The notes beneath the pieces were generated by a model. That model made no database searches and had not been told where the DNA came from. It saw only the letters and a program-made list of their open reading frames with translations. Positions 29,014 through 32,000 of a stretch of DNA of 32,000 nucleotides are shown piece by piece. Origin of the DNA: Halorhodospira halophila SL1 (GTDB lineage: Bacteria > Pseudomonadota > Gammaproteobacteria > Nitrococcales > Halorhodospiraceae); assembly GCF_000015585.1 (NCBI RefSeq), contig NC_008789.1, positions 1,170,001 through 1,202,000 of the forward strand, written 5' to 3'. The translations under genes and the position numbers were made by a program. Numbering within the stretch: the first letter of the stretch is position 1; every line of letters begins with the position of its first letter.

Positions 29014-31199
29014 GCCCCCTCCCCGACCAGCACCAGGCCGGCCAGCGGTGGCAGGGTCAGGGTCACTGAGTAGGGGTAGCCACTCCACGGCACCGGCTCG
29101 GCGAGCACACCGCCGGCATTGCCCAGGTCCGATCCGCCGTAGTAAGCCGAGTCGGTGTTCATCCGCTCTGTCCAGCGCCCGGGGGCCGGCACGCCCAGCC
29201 GGTGGCCGTGGCGGGGGACCGGCGTAAAGTTCAGGACCACCAGCGCCTGCTCCCCGGCATCGCCGCGGCGCAGGTAGCTGAGTACCGACTGCTCGGCGTC
29301 GTGGCAATCCACCCAGGCGAAACCCGCCTCGGCGAAGTCGTAGCGGTGGAGGGCCGGCACGCCACGGTAGAGCGCATTGAGATCACTGACCAGACGCTGC
29401 ACGCCGGCGTGGCGCGGGTCGGACAGGGCCGCCCAGTCCACCGTGGCATCGGCGTCCCACTCGCTGCGCTGGCCGATCTCGCAGCCCATGAACAGCAGCT
29501 TCTTGCCCGGGTAGGTGAACTGGTAGGCGTAGAGCAGGCGCAGGTTCGCCAGGCGCTGCCAGTCGTCGCCGGGCATGCGGTCGAGCAGGCTGCCCTTGCC
29601 GTGGACCACCTCGTCGTGACTGAACGGCAGGACGAAGTTCTCGGTAAAGGCGTAGAGCAGGCCGAAGGTCAGCTGGTCGTGGTGGTAGCGGCGATGGACG
29701 GGGTCCTCGCCGAGGTAGGTCAGGGTGTCGTGCATCCAGCCCATGTTCCACTTCATGGTGAACCCCAACCCACCGAGGTAGGTGGGCCGCGTGACCTGGG
29801 GCCAGGAGGTGGACTCCTCGGCGATGATGCAGGTCCCCGGCTGCTCGCCGTGGGTGACGGTGTTCACCTCGCGCAGGAAGGCAATGGCCTCCAGGTTCTC
29901 GTTGCCGCCGTGGATGTTCGGCACCCAGTCCCCGTCTTCGCGGGAGTAGTTCAGGTAGAGCATCGAGGCGACCGCATCCACCCGGAGCCCGTCCAGGTGG
30001 TAGGCCTCCAGCCAGTAGAGGGCGCTGGAGAGCAGGAAGCTGCGCACCTCGTTACGACCGAAGTTGAAGATCAGCGTCCCCCAGTCGCGGTGCTCGCCCT
30101 GCCGGGGATCAGCGTGCTCGTAGAGCGGCGTACCGTCGAAACGGGCCAGGGCCCATGCGTCCCGGGGAAAGTGAGCCGGTACCCAGTCCAGGATCACGCC
30201 GATACCGTGGCGGTGGCAGTAGTCCACGAAGTAGCGAAACGCGTCCGGCTCGCCGAACCGACTGGTCGGGGCGAAGTAGCCGGTGGCCTGATACCCCCAG
30301 GAGTCGTCCAACGGGTGCTCAGTGATCGGCAGCAGCTCGATGTGGGTGAAGCCCGTGCGCTGGACGTAGTCGACCAGCTCGTGGGCCAGGGTGCGGTAGT
30401 CGAGGAACCCCCCCCCGACATCCCGCTGCCAGGAGCCCAGATGCACCTCGTAGATCGACCACGGTGCCTGCTGCCAGGCGCTCCCCTCGCGCCGGCGGCG
30501 CTCCATCCACGCATCATCCCCCCAGGGGTAGGCCTCGGGCGGCTCCACCACGGCGGCGGTCTCGGGCCGGTGCTGGTAGCGCCGGCCACAGGGGTCGGTC
30601 TTGAGCAGCGGCCCGCAGCCGCCGGCTCCCCGCAGCTCAAACTTGTACAGGGCCCCCGGCTCCACCCCGGGGATAAACAGCTCCCAGACCCCGGCCTCCA
30701 GGCGCAGGCGCATGGGGTGGCGGCGCCCATCCCAGCGATTGAAATCCCCCACCACGCTGACCCGCTCGGCGTTGGGCGCCCAAACCGAAAAGACCACGCC
30801 TGCCACCCCGTCAACCGTGGTGCAGTGCGCCCCCAGGAAGCGCTGAGCGTGCCAGTGCCGCCCCTCGGCGTAGAGGTGCAGGTCGAACTCCGAGAGCACC
30901 GGCGGGAAGGCGTAAGGGTCGTAGGCGGTGTGCCAGGCACCCCCGGCATCCCGCCAGCAGACCTGGTACGGCGCCTCAAGGGCCTCGGGCAGCGGCGCCT
31001 CGAAGAAGTCGGTGCCGGCAACGCGCGGCACCTCGGTGCCCTCGCTAAAGGCCACTGCCGCCGCCTCCGGGTGGTAGATGCGCACCCGCCGGCTCGGGCC
31101 GTGGGGGCCGCCGAGGTAGGCGAAGGGATCCGAGTGGCGCCCCTCGGCGATCCGCTGGCGCTCTTCGGCCTCGGCGCGCTGTTGGCTAACGCGATTCAA
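29010..31199 (-). CDS. glgB: 1,4-alpha-glucan branching enzyme
   Basis: GH13 catalytic segments [20 protein letters not shown] and [12 protein letters not shown]. The N-terminal HSDPFAYLG aligns with E. coli HFADPFSVLG. I prefer the TTG start at 31199 because a GGAGG sits 6 nt upstream and the resulting N-terminal length is E. coli-like. The ATG at 31256 is the alternative and has no SD. Confidence 0.92.
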   Translation of the reverse strand: MNRVSQQRAEAEERQRIAEGRHSDPFAYLGGPHGPSRRVRIYHPEAAAVAFSEGTEVPRVAGTDFFEAPLPEALEAPYQVCWRDAGGAWHTAYDPYAFPPVLSEFDLHLYAEGRHWHAQRFLGAHCTTVDGVAGVVFSVWAPNAERVSVVGDFNRWDGRRHPMRLRLEAGVWELFIPGVEPGALYKFELRGAGGCGPLLKTDPCGRRYQHRPETAAVVEPPEAYPWGDDAWMERRRREGSAWQQAPWSIYEVHLGSWQRDVGGGFLDYRTLAHELVDYVQRTGFTHIELLPITEHPLDDSWGYQATGYFAPTSRFGEPDAFRYFVDYCHRHGIGVILDWVPAHFPRDAWALARFDGTPLYEHADPRQGEHRDWGTLIFNFGRNEVRSFLLSSALYWLEAYHLDGLRVDAVASMLYLNYSREDGDWVPNIHGGNENLEAIAFLREVNTVTHGEQPGTCIIAEESTSWPQVTRPTYLGGLGFTMKWNMGWMHDTLTYLGEDPVHRRYHHDQLTFGLLYAFTENFVLPFSHDEVVHGKGSLLDRMPGDDWQRLANLRLLYAYQFTYPGKKLLFMGCEIGQRSEWDADATVDWAALSDPRHAGVQRLVSDLNALYRGVPALHRYDFAEAGFAWVDCHDAEQSVLSYLRRGDAGEQALVVLNFTPVPRHGHRLGVPAPGRWTERMNTDSAYYGGSDLGNAGGVLAEPVPWSGYPYSVTLTLPPLAGLVLVGEGA

Positions 31200-31334
31200 G
31201 CCTGACCTCCGCTCAGGCGCCGCTGCGGTGCCGCTCGCCCCGGATGGGCCGCCCATCGGTGGTGAATACCCTGTCGATCCGCGGAAAAGGCGTCCATACT
31301 GCTCCCAAAGCCCCAGTTGTCAGGAAGACCCGAC

Positions 31335-32000
31335 GTGTTACCCCAGCGCTCCCCCCGTTTCGTCAGCCGCCTGACCCGCGACACCCTGGCCCTCATCCTC
31401 GCCGGCGGCCGCGGCACGCGGCTCCACGAGCTGACCCAGTGGCGCGCCAAACCGGCCGTGCCCTTCGGCGGCAAGTTCCGCATCATCGACTTCCCCCTGT
31501 CCAATTGCATCAATTCCGGCGTGCGGCGGATCGGCGTCCTGACCCAGTACAAGGCCCACTCGTTGATCCGCCACATCCGCCAGGGCTGGAGCTCTCTCTC
31601 CAGCGACTTCGGCGAGTTCATCGAGCTGCTACCCGCCCAGCAGCGCATCGCCGACTCCTGGTACCTGGGCACAGCCGATGCGGTGTACCAGAGCCTGGAC
31701 ATCGTCCGGCTGCACGACCCCGACTACGTCCTCATCCTCGCCGGTGACCACATCTACAAGATGGACTATGGGCCGCTGCTTGCCTACCACGTCGAGCGCG
31801 GTGCGGATGTCACGGTCAGCTGCCTGGAGGTGGCGATCGAGGAGGCCACCGCCTTCGGGGTCATGGCCATCGACGAAGAAAACCGGGTGGTCCGCTTCGA
31901 CGAGAAGCCGGCCCAGCCTGCACCAATCCCCGGCCGTGCGGATCGGGCGCTGGCCTCGATGGGGGTCTACGTCTTCAATCGGGACTTCCTCTTTCGGACC
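31335..32000 (+). CDS. glgC: glucose-1-phosphate adenylyltransferase (3' end beyond window)
   Basis: This gene is absent from the ORF track because it has no stop in the window. The GTG at 31335 is preceded by AGGAAG 7 nt upstream. Translation gives ...[45 protein letters not shown]..., a canonical GlgC N-terminus. The frame stays open to nt 32000. Confidence 0.9.
   Translation, partial: MLPQRSPRFVSRLTRDTLALILAGGRGTRLHELTQWRAKPAVPFGGKFRIIDFPLSNCINSGVRRIGVLTQYKAHSLIRHIRQGWSSLSSDFGEFIELLPAQQRIADSWYLGTADAVYQSLDIVRLHDPDYVLILAGDHIYKMDYGPLLAYHVERGADVTVSCLEVAIEEATAFGVMAIDEENRVVRFDEKPAQPAPIPGRADRALASMGVYVFNRDFLFRT

Noticed and set aside
27562-31205. Plus-strand ORFs of 503 aa (27562..29073) and 667 aa (29202..31205). 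The 496-aa ORF at 4454..5944 belongs to the same class.
   Set aside because: They are antisense to glgA, glgB and the patatin gene respectively. They have no motifs and an Arg/Gly/Pro/His-rich composition typical of antisense frames in high-GC DNA.

Overview
High-GC window (roughly two-thirds G+C by eye). It is almost entirely conserved proteobacterial housekeeping genes, tightly packed and often translationally coupled. Gene order and protein similarity suggest a gammaproteobacterium, possibly of the Chromatiales/Ectothiorhodospiraceae type; that is an inference, not proven. Left to right:

- **1-3826 (+):** a Dpp/Opp-type peptide ABC transporter, with two permeases (the first truncated by the window edge) and two ATPases. 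A methyltransferase follows at 3833-4414.
- **4418-19053 (-):** one long minus-strand run. It holds a small membrane protein, a secreted patatin-like lipase, a Zn-ribbon methyltransferase, a META-domain lipoprotein, lpdA-sucB-sucA, tatCBA, hisE-F-A-H-B, dtd and a Trp-rich PhaE/phasin-like gene.
- **19218-24891 (+):** an LpxL-family acyltransferase, then rpsU-yqeY-dnaG-rpoD and a CAU-anticodon tRNA that looks like tRNA-Ile2.
- **24985-27551:** yjbQ (-) and ygiQ (+).
- **27580-32000:** glycogen genes glgA-glgB (-) diverging from glgC (+, runs off the window).

I found no CRISPR array, transposase, integrase, prophage or recognisable defence system. The many long ORFs antisense to real genes, including a 1795-aa one, are high-GC artefacts.

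The most interesting unexplained signal is the 273-bp dtd/phasin-like intergenic region. It has a strong plus-strand intrinsic terminator with no plus-strand gene to terminate. Upstream of that terminator lie 8 GGA motifs in 130 nt against 1 on the other strand, several of them in hairpin loops. That is the architecture of a CsrB/RsmY/RsmZ-type CsrA-sponge sRNA. GGA-rich leaders on the adjacent phasin-like gene and on glgC fit a carbon-storage regulatory theme, but this is inference only.
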